Assembly: GCF_000485595.1 (NCBI RefSeq) | Contig: NW_014577073.1 | Location: 174,729 to 216,514, forward strand | Direction: 5' to 3' | Length of the DNA: 41,786 nucleotides | DNA from: Priapulus caudatus | Taxonomy: Eukaryota | Shown: piece by piece, positions 11,433-29,500 of the stretch | Position numbering within the stretch: position 1 is the first letter of the stretch | Layout of the letters: every line of letters starts with the position of its first letter | Position numbers and translations under genes: made by a program | Notes under the pieces: generated by a model | Seen by the model: the letters and a program-made list of their open reading frames with translations, nothing else | Database searches by the model: none | What the model was told of the DNA's origin: nothing

Positions 11433-14400
11433 GGGGTCATTGTCGTATCAGGTACTACAAATATTAGCTCTTGTACTATAGCCCGCGTTCATTAACTGCC
11501 GCAGGGCTATAGAACATTGTCAGCTAGATTTCGCAACAGCAACCTGTCACCACCTGTCTCCACGAAAAATGGATCGCAAAACGCAAAATTACCGGGCTTT
11601 AACACTTATTTATCTACATGGACATCTCACCTATCTTTTTGAACACTTTCCACAACTTTAACACCATGTATTTATCATTTTATTACTCAAAGTCAGCACT
11701 ACTGGCATTCCCGTTTGAAATATTTTGGCGTGCAAACGTGTGACGTCACCGGTATTGTATATTACTGCACGCGGGAAAAATGATGTTGGGGAACTAACAC
11801 TATCCCTAACCTTGGTTACCCCCCCCCCTCCCCCCTCGCCACCTCCACAACACACAAACAGCAGGACCAGTGGAAGCCACCCTGCTTTCGTAATTCGTCG
11901 TCGCGACTAATAGTTCCGGCGAAATAGTCTTGCTATGCTAAATTATACTGCGCTAAGACCTTGTACTTGTATTATTGTATCAGGTTTTTATTTCGAATTC
12001 TGTCATTGAATGTCAATCCTCTGATTTTTTTAGGAAACTGAGGTTCATGATCTATGATTTCCAGTCGTTCATTACCAGTCCACCCAAGGAGCCTATAGAA
12101 AATCGATATTCGGCACCAGCGTGATTACTGCATGAAAGAGACACGCGAATTCAAAAACGTGGCCTTTGGGTAACAATTGCTCATACAAATTCGGTCTGCC
12201 AACGAATTAATTAGCCTTGTTTATTACGTTGAAAAGTGGCATTCGTGGCTAACCATGACCTCTGTGGCCAGTATTGTCCATCTGCTGGTCTGTTGCGACC
12301 CCATTCAAGCATCAAGCTAGAATGAATTTCCGCATGAGTTAAGCCGCGCTTGACATAACTTGTGCAGGATGTATTGTTTATAGCACAGTCTTAGTATAAA
12401 AACGGTCCTGGTGTCGATCGCTTCGCCCAATAGTGTCTATCACAGCAAAGTGGAACAATGAAAGCCATGATTTTTGTTGGGTGAACCAACTGGATTCGCC
12501 TAAATCTGCCGAAACTGACTGTCGCCTTTGCACAAATTCTATTCCCAATGACACGCGTAAAATGCCTATTCTTGGATAGTGATGACATAAATGCCTCACC
12601 ATCAATGTGGAGCGGTAAATAGAACGTCCTACCTGCCTTGATGTGATCGCACCTGGTGTAGCAATTCCACAGCGCTTTGAATGCTATAAAAAAATAACCG
12701 ATATGCTTCGAGTGCTATTTTTTGAGGCATAGCACACAACAAGCACACGTCGGCGTTCGTTTAGCATCCACAAATTGCAAAGCCCTTTTCAATCTTTCAG
12801 AAAAATATTCAATCCATGCAAATTTGACAGCCGTTTTTATGTCCGTATGTGGCATTCTAAATACCAAAATGCTCGTCATTCACGTGCGTTTTTTTACGAA
12901 TTTTTTTATTGATTCTATAGAATATCAAGTTCGTCCATAGGTGAATGCAATTTTATTTCAATGTAATCAGTTCTAGTCACGTAGGCGGACTACTGAACTA
13001 TGCACCGACTTGGCATTCCCGCAAGCAGACGGCAAACAGTAATCGCCTTGAGGCGGAGGTGGGGTCGAAGAAAATTGCAAAAACTCAAAAGCCGAGACAG
13101 GCGAATATAAACAAAATTTGGGGCAATGTGTGCAGCGGTGTTTTGTCGGGACACGAATTTTTATTGAATTTGACAGATCCCCGAAAAAAACGTTTCTATA
13201 CAGAACGTGACCCACTATTAATCACTACGTACCGGTTATTCCTGTTAGGTTGAGGATGTGACGCCTCATCGCCGACCAATAGAGTGGTCAGCAGCTTGTG
13301 GCAAATAAAGTAGGCGACGTTTTGTGCTGCCTTATTTTAGGCTGGCTATCGTGTGTGGCATGACACATACACATTGAAATGGGTGGATGGTTATTGGTAT
13401 TTAAAACGCATTCTTCAATGTATGGTCCCCATTGGACTGCGGAGAGCTGTTTTTTCAGGCACAAAGTGGTGTCGCTTAGTAAATTCGCGATATTTTTTAA
13501 CAAAGCGCCGGACAACATATGTCAATAATTTCTAATGGTGCACAGCTGAAATACATGGGTACCACCACTAGTTTAATATTGGCCACATCGGCCGAAACGA
13601 ACCGAAATACTATTTTTCAGCTCCTGAAATTCAATTCTAAGTATAGGATCCTATGGAGAATTCTAATAGTGGTCTGTTCTCTGTCACGCTGAAAAAATTT
13701 TAACTNNNNNNNNNNNNNNNNNNNNNNNNNATTAATGATTACATATATGATTACATATATAATGACAGGATATATGATTACATATATGTAGCCTGTCAGA
13801 TCAAAACATGCCGTAGGACTCAATTCGGACATTATGAGTTAGCAGTTTTATCAGAAAGACCATTCAATTCTGGTTATTTTGACACCAAGATCTTCTTTCT
13901 AGGTCACATGGTTCGGAAGTTATGAGCATTTGAGTAGTTGGAATCGGGCCGATTTTGGAAAACAAAGTTCAGAGTAATTAGGTCATAAAGTTTAAAGTTT
14001 GTTTTCATTTGGCCTTCATTTGGACAAAAATCTGAAAAAATATCTTCCCATTGAGCTAGACACATGAATTTTTGCATTCACGTACCAGACATAATAATCA
14101 TCCACTGTATGAAGTACGAAAATGGTAGCTTACAGTTAAGGCAAGTAATTCAGGTAATTAATTAGGGTAATTAAAACATTAATTATCTGGACTTTTTGGA
14201 CACGCAAATAAACACATAAAGACACACTTTTGGCCAGTTTTATTGATGTAACATCGAACATGGATAACTACTATTACTAAAGGTATTTATGACCACACAA
14301 AAAAATCGTTTTTTACTACTTTTAGGTGAAAAATCACCTATAACTCAGAAAGAACATTGAAGTCCTACGGCATGTTTTGATCTGACAGGCTACATATATG

Positions 14401-14449
14401 TACCTCGGGTACATATCTGTAGACTAGTACCTGATACGACAACGACCCC
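11433..14449. mobile_element. Possible ~3-kb TIR element containing nested insertions
   Basis: 25-bp inverted repeats GGGGTCATTGTCGTATCAGGTACTA (11433-11457) and TAGTACCTGATACGACAACGACCCC (14425-14449), one mismatch. No clear TSD and no recognisable transposase; spans an N-gap. Confidence 0.5.
13781..14400. mobile_element. ~620-bp non-autonomous TIR element
   Basis: ~43-bp inverted ends CATATATGTAGCCTGTCAGATCAAAACATGCCGTAGGACTCAA and its reverse complement at ~14357-14400, in TA-rich context. Confidence 0.8.
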
Positions 14450-14823
14450 TTGAGCATTGGCATTACTGCCAGTGCCACGGCACTGCGATAGACCGCAAGT
14501 CCGAACGGAGCACTGCTAATTATATTATTAGCAAGGTATCTTTAAAGTGATCATCATAATTACTGTTCCGGTCATAATTCCTGATTATTATTACCTGTTC
14601 GACGATGGGGACGAACAATTATTTTCTAATCCTAAACTTGTGCAACAAAAATTCTAAGTTTTCAGTCCATGCGCATGGAACTACGTACGCGCCACCTACC
14701 GGGTGAAAACTGTAAACTAAAAAATGTATGGTTTAACCCGATTTCATAAATCTCCTGAACGAGATGAAAAGATGGAATGCCTAACTCTGCATATGTACTT
14801 GAATATTACACTGTTTCGCTTAC

Positions 14824-15031
14824 CGAAAACTTGGTTTTTAATATACATAAATGTACACGAATGCAGGGTTCGCGCTCTGCTGTTGCGAATAATCGGCTCA
14901 ATTTTAACCGGTGATATCATATCGCAGCGAATACGAGATAAACAAATGGCAAAATGTGTGAGGTTGCGTGTAAATAGGCAATTCGGTGTAGCTAGTAAAA
15001 AAACTAATTACGCAGTTTTAATCGTCAGCAG
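14824..15031. promoter_or_regulatory. Candidate bidirectional promoter with two divergent non-coding first exons
   Basis: Locally CpG-rich. Minus-strand donor TTTTCG|GTAAGC at 14824/14823 points toward SGTA; plus-strand donor CAGCAG|GTAATA at 15031/15032 points toward the SEL1L acceptor at 15486. Confidence 0.45.
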
Positions 15032-15495
15032 GTAATAATACTGCATAATGTGTATAAGTTATAACCTGACTAAACCTGAGTTACACTATTCTCGAGCAGT
15101 ACAGCTTGTGCACCAGTCGGTGCAGTGTCAGTAGACAGTACCTCATTATCACTACACTACAGTGACTACTCACTACTCTCAGTACTGACACTAGTAATAC
15201 TAATAGTATCAGTATCAGTGCCAGTGCCAGTAGCCTGTAGGCAGTACTGGCAGTAGGCCTACTACTAACTTATAATTAGTATTAATATTTAATAATAATT
15301 TATTACTAATTATGACTTAGTCTTAGTAATACTAATAGTATTCATTACTTTCGTAGTAGTAGGGACACCGGTTAACTTGACTCGTTAAGAAATCAGATTT
15401 ATAGCAGTGCATCCATAACTGCTAACACTATTTCAGTATTTGTTCCCTCAACTAGCTAAACTGTAATGTTGCACACTTGCCTACAGGTATTCGCC

Positions 15496-21306
<5,811 letters not shown>

Positions 21307-23505
21307 TTTCTGCCTTACCCGAATCAGATGATACTGGCAGAGATGTTGGTGCTTTCGGCAAGCCTAGTGTTAGACCTTCACCTTTTATCGCAGTCATTCA
21401 AACATCGTGGTTGCATTTCGAGCCCATTCGCCACACGACTGCCATCTTCATCGGGGCAAGCCAACGTCGGACGTGGTTTACATGGTCTATATAGTAATGG
21501 TGTCCTAGTCGTCGGTGGCTCTTGTTTAATGAGCAATGGTTTCTACTGCAATTATTGCACATGCAATGACAGCTGTAGTGTGTGTGCCCCTCTGGTGGCC
21601 AGAACATGCAACCTCTGGTGCAGCACAAGACGTGTGTAGTGGAGCGTGCAAGCGTGAGTTCTCTCGTTGTTGTAGAGAGGCCGATTTTTGTACATAATTT
21701 TGAAAACAGCTTTCTATAGATGTTTGTCAATTTGTGGCGTATTCCTATGCTTGCAATATTGCGAGTGGATTAGTGCACTGGGAATACCTCACAGCAAGTG
21801 TATTTAAAACTCGTTAACAATAACTCATGGTATAGTGTCTCTATCTATATAATGGATTATGCACAGGATGGACCAGTAATCGGAATAAAAGTGGCCACAG
21901 CTGTTGTTTTCCCTGGTGTGCTATTACAAAAGTATATGGTGATACTTGTCGCTGTTGAAGTTAAATATGCGATAGTTTTATTTGCACCAGTATTTTTTAG
22001 GACAGCTGATAAATACTGCATAGGTATTAGGCTTGCAGTGCACATATTACTGTGCCCTACCAGTAAACAAGCATGAATTTTCCAATCTTTCTCAGCAAAT
22101 TTCATTTATTTATTTTATATTTACACCGATTTAGTCTACCATTAGTAACCGCACGTGGTATCTCTATGTAAATTGAACTTTTGAAGTTTATAAACGAAAC
22201 AGTGTCAGTTTAAAGCCGAGTTTTTCCAGCAATACCCACGATTACTGTCAGGGTTCATTATGGGGCTTTTTTGATGGATTTGGATTTTTTGTCTAGGTTT
22301 ATCAATTTATATAACCCAACGGCTTTAAAAATACGTAGAACTGTAGAATCCAGGTTTGTATAGAAAAAAGGTGAATATAAGAAATATGTGTTCGCACGTA
22401 TTGTGTACGTGGTTCCATGTACTGATTGTCCTACTACTAGGAACAAACTGAGAAAAATTAAACGATGATGAATAAGAAAATAATTTTTGTCATTTTTTGT
22501 AAACTTTTTGTCACTAGTATGCCACGTTACTAATAAATTCTGGTTAGTCACGTATATTTATCATCATCACTACAATGTTTAGGACTTCTAGTGTGCGTGC
22601 GTGCGTGTAGAAGAATGGTCAAGTATGCCCAGTCACACGTTTCTGTTGTCAAGTGATTTCCGTGGGTTTAGAAAACATGGCAGTAATGGTATTGCCATTG
22701 ACTATTATTGTGAAATGTTAATTATGAATGTAATAAATATTTGTACAACATTTTGGAATACAATCATAATAATGAATATTTTTTTAATAAATACAATTTA
22801 TTTAAATAGTCATCTCTAAATAGGTAAATAGTACCTCACAATGCGAGCACCTAAGAAAGGTTTTCTTTTACATGTAAAGCAAAAAGCAGAGCACTGCTCT
22901 ACTAATAGTGTCCGTGATAATGTCAGTGAAAAGTAGAAACCGCATTGCTTCTATTTTAAAAACTGCAAAAATAAAAATAATCATTACCAGAAATACAAAT
23001 ATATAGCTGGTATTTGGAGAAGGGCATTACTCATTTTGTTAAATTCCTGACACATGGAGAAAAAATAGGAGGGCAGCCGATAAAGGAAAGTGGTCATGTC
23101 ACTAGACCAAGATCTGACACATGGATAACTTTTTTTTTCTGACGTAAACAAAAAATAATAAAATTTGCATTTACGTAACATAATAGGTAGGTAATATGAT
23201 CTTACAACTTACAGATAACAAATTCAAGCTGTGAGCAAATTTACAGTTGCCGATTATTTTGATTAGCATTACGAGTGCTATATACATTTTTCAAACATGA
23301 TGATTGTAGTGTCATTATTATACGAAATTTTCTCACCACTTCACTGAGTTCATAATAGCAATACTTCAAGGCCACCTTTGTGCATGCTGCTGGCATATTA
23401 TCACATATGACAAATCTCTGCTGCAATAATGCTGTTGCTTCTTATCTCAACAACAACTTGAATCACAAGAAAGGTAATTCACGAGCAGGTGCGCTCTGTG
23501 CTCGT

Positions 23506-26500
23506 TCATGTTCCATGTGTGATGAGCTGTAGCTGTTCAGTCTGCTCGCCTACTCTATGCCTAACAGATCTGCTGTAGAGTAGCCCACGCAAGCTTTTGG
23601 GCAGTTCACCCCACTCCGTCTCTAGAATATCTTTGTGGTCAATGGCCAGCTTTATGCATATTCGCACCAGTGAAGGAGGCGTGAAGCAAAACGTGAGAAT
23701 TTCTTTCGAGTGATCCTGCATAGTAATAAATGCATAATATTAATCTAATCATATTTAATTTAAATTATCGCATCAGGAAATTTGTGCGGATACAGAAAGA
23801 TGGAAGCCAAGATTAGATCTTGCAGTAGCTTTACTAATAGTGACGCATTTAGCATGAGGCTGTCTCAGCACTGAAAATTAGACAGAGTGCACTCACGGAG
23901 AGTGCATACCTCCGTCAACGACATACGACTCACAAACACACGAATAACCCACGATATACGCCAGCGTACTGACATGTACACGCTGGCTTGCTGGCTTGCT
24001 GCTCGCTCGCTCGTTGCTGCTGCTCGCTCACATGTACACGCTCGCTGGCTTGCTGGCTGGCTGGCTCACTGACTCGACGCGCTAATATCAATCGCGCGAA
24101 CACACGAACACACTAACACACTAACACACTAACACATGAGAGTGAAAACATAACCTCCTCCAACTCCGTTGGGCGGAGGTAATAACACGGTAATTCATCA
24201 GTTTCACCTTGGCAACAAATCTCTGTGATATTTGCATAGATCTTTACTATTCTGCTGAGAACCTACACTGTTATCGTCGTGATCAAGGATATCCTTCTGG
24301 CAACCTCCAAATACCATCACTTCACCGTAGTTGTTCAGACATGCAGTGTGCCACAGACGTGGCTTGTTCCCTGGAACATCCAATTGCGTCCACTGCAGTA
24401 GTTCCGTGTCAAGTATCCATCCATCACCTGTGACATGTGAGCAACGCACAGTAATGCAGAGCTAGAACGTCATGTAATGTGTTTTTCCTATACTCTACTT
24501 TTTGCGATCTAGTAAAATAATAATGCAATATATCCTCTCACTTTTGAAACATTCAGAGATTAAAGCTAAACATTGGTGAGATAAATACAATAAAATTGAG
24601 ACATCTAATTATTATAAAAAAGAACCATGTCCTTCTTCACTGTGTATCATTACTAATATGCTGACACCAACCCATATAGAAATCGAGAAAACTAGCTGAA
24701 TGCAGATACAAACAGCTAGGATACAAATAGGACTGCTCAGAGCGCAGACCAGTCATCACTGCAAGTTATGCAGAAATATATGCAGTCAACATTACAAATA
24801 GTCTTACTAAGGGGTTTCCTGTACTGGGTATAGCCTCCATAGAGAAATATCTGTCGCTGTGAGATTGCTGTGAAGCTATGCCATGTTCGTCCACATGGCC
24901 AGAGGCCTGGTGCACATATGCTGTGTACAGAAAATTAACTGAACTATTAACTCATACAGATATAATGCTAAATGTGTGTGACGGCATGAACATGTGTGGG
25001 TTCATGCCAGCAGCACGTAATAATTTCCTGAAAATATAGCAATTGCAAAGGACTATTATTTCAAATATTTATCTCCAGTATCAGTTACCTGCCACTCCAC
25101 GTTTTCTTTTTAAGATCTAAACAATGAAGTTCAGCTGTTCTGACTAACCCATGGCGTCCACCAAACATCCAAACCTTGTCCCCTATTTTAGTTGCTGCAT
25201 GTGCAGCCCGTGGTGATGGTGGTTCACCCTATACACGAATACAAAATGCATGCGAGTGCTCTGTTCGATAAAATTACACATAATATATAGCTAATATTAG
25301 TCGTAGACTGAATAATTATAATATTAAATTGAATATTGAATATGATGTACTTGACATTAATTATATTTGCAATTGATTTTAAACAATTGATTTTCAATCA
25401 TGAAATTGATCTCACACACTACAAGATACGAAGAAGATAGGATAGAATAGATTTTAAAAATTAAATTGCTTTTTAAGAACAAGCTCCTATAGTATTAGAA
25501 GATGGTTTTAATCACTAGTGTCAGTTAGAGGAAAGTTGTTTACATATATCATGAACACGTGCTTAAAACATATATTACTACTACATTAGATTATTAGATA
25601 TCTTTATATTAATATAATAACATTCTTAGACATATGTTCATGAATATATAACATATAAATATATACCTTGTACTGAGGATTACTCCAAACTAATGTTTCA
25701 GGGTCAAATATAATAATCTGATTATTCCATCCCCTCTCTTGGTAACTCTGCAGAAATAATGGAGGAATTTACAGCTTTCTATACTCTAGCTCAACTTGCA
25801 CCAACTAAAGTTAAAAACTAGACATTCTTATACAAAATAGAAGTATTCAGATACTTAACATAAATCATTAAAAAACAAAACGTGTAAACCATTCTGAAAA
25901 CCAATGCTTACAAACATAGTTCCTGGATTAAGAAGGAAACTGCCATTATCATGCAATACTTCAACCTCAGGATCTTCATCGAATGGAACACCGAAGCCAC
26001 CAAAAAAATGCAATCTGAAAGCATTAAAATAAAACGTATGGTCGCAAACATTCACCTTTGCAATAGCTTTAAGAAAATGTGTGTGTTAAATTTGAATTCA
26101 TTATGCAACACCAAGCTCTTAACACTGTATCATCAGATTTTGTGGCAGCTCGTCACTAGATGCAAGAACGATTTTCACACTTCTATCATACAGATAATTG
26201 TGAAGTGCGAAAAATGAGTGTCAAATCGACTTGGTGTCATTACTAGTTGGCAGTGCATGTAACTGTACGTAGGTGCATAGATAAGAATGTTCCAGCCTTT
26301 TGGGGATATCGCAAACAGTGGACGACACTGTCCCCACTAACATCCCTGCAGTCTTCGTTTACCACAATTTAAAATAAGAATATGCAAACACAAATCATGG
26401 CCACTGCCTATTCTTACTTTCCCTCGTGAGACCAACCGACAAACTTGTCCCTCGGAGCGGGCCGTTTTCCTTTGCATGGCACTCTTTCCCAGGAGAGCGA

Positions 26501-29500
26501 GCTCAGGTCCAGCCTATGAAGCTCCCCATAGTGGCCCTCTAAAGAGTGCCCGCCGTAAATATACAGGTAATGGTCCACGAGCACGGCACACGCTCCAGAC
26601 AGGCCGGGTGGAAAGTGAGGAGTACGTCCATCTATGGGCAGCATTCGCCTACAGAATTCACAGACGTGTAATTATTATGACAAGGTGGCTATCAAAAAGA
26701 GATTGAACATGAGTTGTCCACTTCGGCAGTAATCATCGGACCGTCTTGCATGCATCACATATACATAGTATTCCCGTGATCACATATATTAACTAGAAAG
26801 GGCAGTTGTCGCCAACTACATGTATCCCCCGTGTTCTCCCTAAGATGTGTAAGTATACGAAGTTTGGTAGCGCTAGGTCAATTAGGGGTCGAGTTATAAG
26901 CGGAAGGGAAATTGTCTGCGGCGGCGGCGGCTGGGGAGACATGAAACCATAGTATCCCCGCCGACTTCGTCGCGGGGGATACAAATATCAACTATTCTTA
27001 AGTGCTGTATTATGGTATAGTCCTCAGTTTTCACTGCATTCACATTTTTTTACATTGCTAGGTGTACATTAATTACATAGCTATTCCACTTACCACCACC
27101 ACTTACCATATCTCAAACTCAGTATCATAAATCCACAGTTCATTCGTTGATACGTAAACGTTCTCAAGTGGTCCATCATCGTGTGTTACTTCCTAAAAGA
27201 AATGATGTAGCATTTTACTATGAAATCTAAACATGCACTATTCCAGGCTATGGCTGTTTATGCATTTGGCTTTTGCAACTTCTCATATACACTTATATGT
27301 GACAGACCACAACTTGTACGTATAATTACCGTTAGAATGGTGGGGTGAGGATTAAATTAGGGTCAAGGGAGGAATGTCAAGTACCTAAAGCTAAGATGGT
27401 GCCCAGGTCAAGAATTTGATGTCCCATCATCAGGAGTCTATCAATAGACTATTGATAGTCTATTAATAGACTATTGATAAGACTCCTGCCATCATCTCTA
27501 GAACTGGTTGTTACCAACAGCTGTGCCTATGATGACACATAACACATCAAGAATGGTGCGTGGTGACCATTTTAATCATGTGGCATACCATCTGCTGCTA
27601 TTTTTGCCTTTTTGACAGTTATCTTACACTTATTCTGTCTACCCAGTTTGTTGGGCTTAGGTCAGTGTAGTTAATTGGTTAGGGTTGTGGTTCAGTTATG
27701 GCGAGAATGTATTTGTTTTTATCACGGTGAGAGGTTACATGTGATTTGCTGGTGGGCCAGTACCCACTTTCCCTAGCTCTAGTACTATAGCCCGCGTACA
27801 GTTGCCGCAGGGCTATAGAACATTCATACATGTGATTTGCTGGTGGGCCAGTACCCACTTTCCCTAGCTCTAGTACTATAGCCCGCGTACAGTTGCCGCA
27901 GGGCTATAGAACATTCAATTACGAATGCTAGGGATCAACCCGCTGACTGGCGCTGAATGGCCGTTTGACGTTCGTAAATAATGTTTGTTCTCAAGAAATA
28001 CCGCAAGCAGACCATTTCAACGTTAGTTAGAGGTTAAACTTTAGTAGCTGATATAACTTAAGACATATTCACTTCGGATAAGAGGCATTAATTGCCTACC
28101 ACAGACGTTTTATAGCCGTGAGTAACCGTGAATAAGTTGGTCGCTAGCATTCGTAATAGAATGTTCTATAGCCCTGCGGCAACTGTACGCGGTCTATAGT
28201 ACTAGAGCTACCACTTTCCCCTACTCTCACCACTGGCACTGCACTGGCACTGAGCACAGAGCAGGTAACACCCCCTGTACTGTAACAATAACATGAGTCT
28301 AAACAGAGGAATTGCTCCGACATGCGATTGGAGGATAAAAATAGAATTCGTGACGTTTCATTTTCATTTTGGCATTTAGCCTACGAGCGATACTCCGCGC
28401 ACACATTTGTTAATTAAGCTAATCGCGCTTCAATAAACTCAAGACTCACAAGGATCATATAGCTAAGACATGTGTATATAATGGCTAGAATTTATAGAAA
28501 TGTAACTCAAATCATTCGCGCCAATTAGTTAGTTAGTTAGTTAGTTAAGGATAATAGGTTGTAATAGGCCTAGCCTAATGTGCACCCATATCTTGCGATT
28601 TCCTGAATCGGTCGATTCTGGCCTTAAATTCGTTAGTCGTGATAGCTGCGACTGCACTTTGTGGCAATTAGTCTCTCTTATTCATGCTGTTTGTGCACAG
28701 AGCGCGCGTGCGGTGTACTTGTGTGTTGCAGATGAGCATTTGACCGGCATTTACGGGTAATTATTGGCAATAATAGGCGAAATAGAGTAGAGAAACATTA
28801 AGACTTTGGTAGTAAATACATTTCGTGTTTATTTACCATTATTTTTTTTATTGAGACGTTCCAAGTGCATGTGGCTGTGCCGTGGCTGTGCCACAGGCTG
28901 TGGCTGTCGTACCCAAACTTGGAATTTGCACAAACTGTGACATCTTGAGATCGTGCAGTGATAGTGCTGCCCAAACTGCGGATTTCCTAGTTTGGCTGCC
29001 CAATCTCAAGATTGAGCACGCTGAAAACAGTCGATAATTCAACTACACTTCTAAAATGGCGATTGTGGCATATGCGAGTATAACTGAGGCAAACTAGGAA
29101 GGAATTTCTCTAATGGTTATCAAATTATCTAATCATTTATTATTTTAACAAAGACACATTTGCCAAACACATCGAAGAGTGCATGAACGCCTATGAATTC
29201 CAAGTTTGTGCAAGCCCTGCTCACCTTGCCCAAACTAGGGATTCTCCTATTATTGTCAATATTGAGCAAATTATCTCAACTATCCATATATAATTTGTTA
29301 ACCAATAATGCCAATATCATGAATATGGCAATATGCAAACACAATCAAGAAATAAGATATGGGAACTCAGTCATTGTAATGATATAACATTTCGTAGCCT
29401 ATGATTCCAAGTTTGTGCAACCCCTGCTCACCTTGCCCAAACCCTGCTCACCTTGCCCAAACTAGGTTTTGCAATTATTGTCAATATTGAGCAAATTATT

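Noticed and set aside
15100..15360. CAGT/TAGT-rich stretch as a regulatory array
   Set aside because: Low-complexity intronic sequence with no consistent unit.
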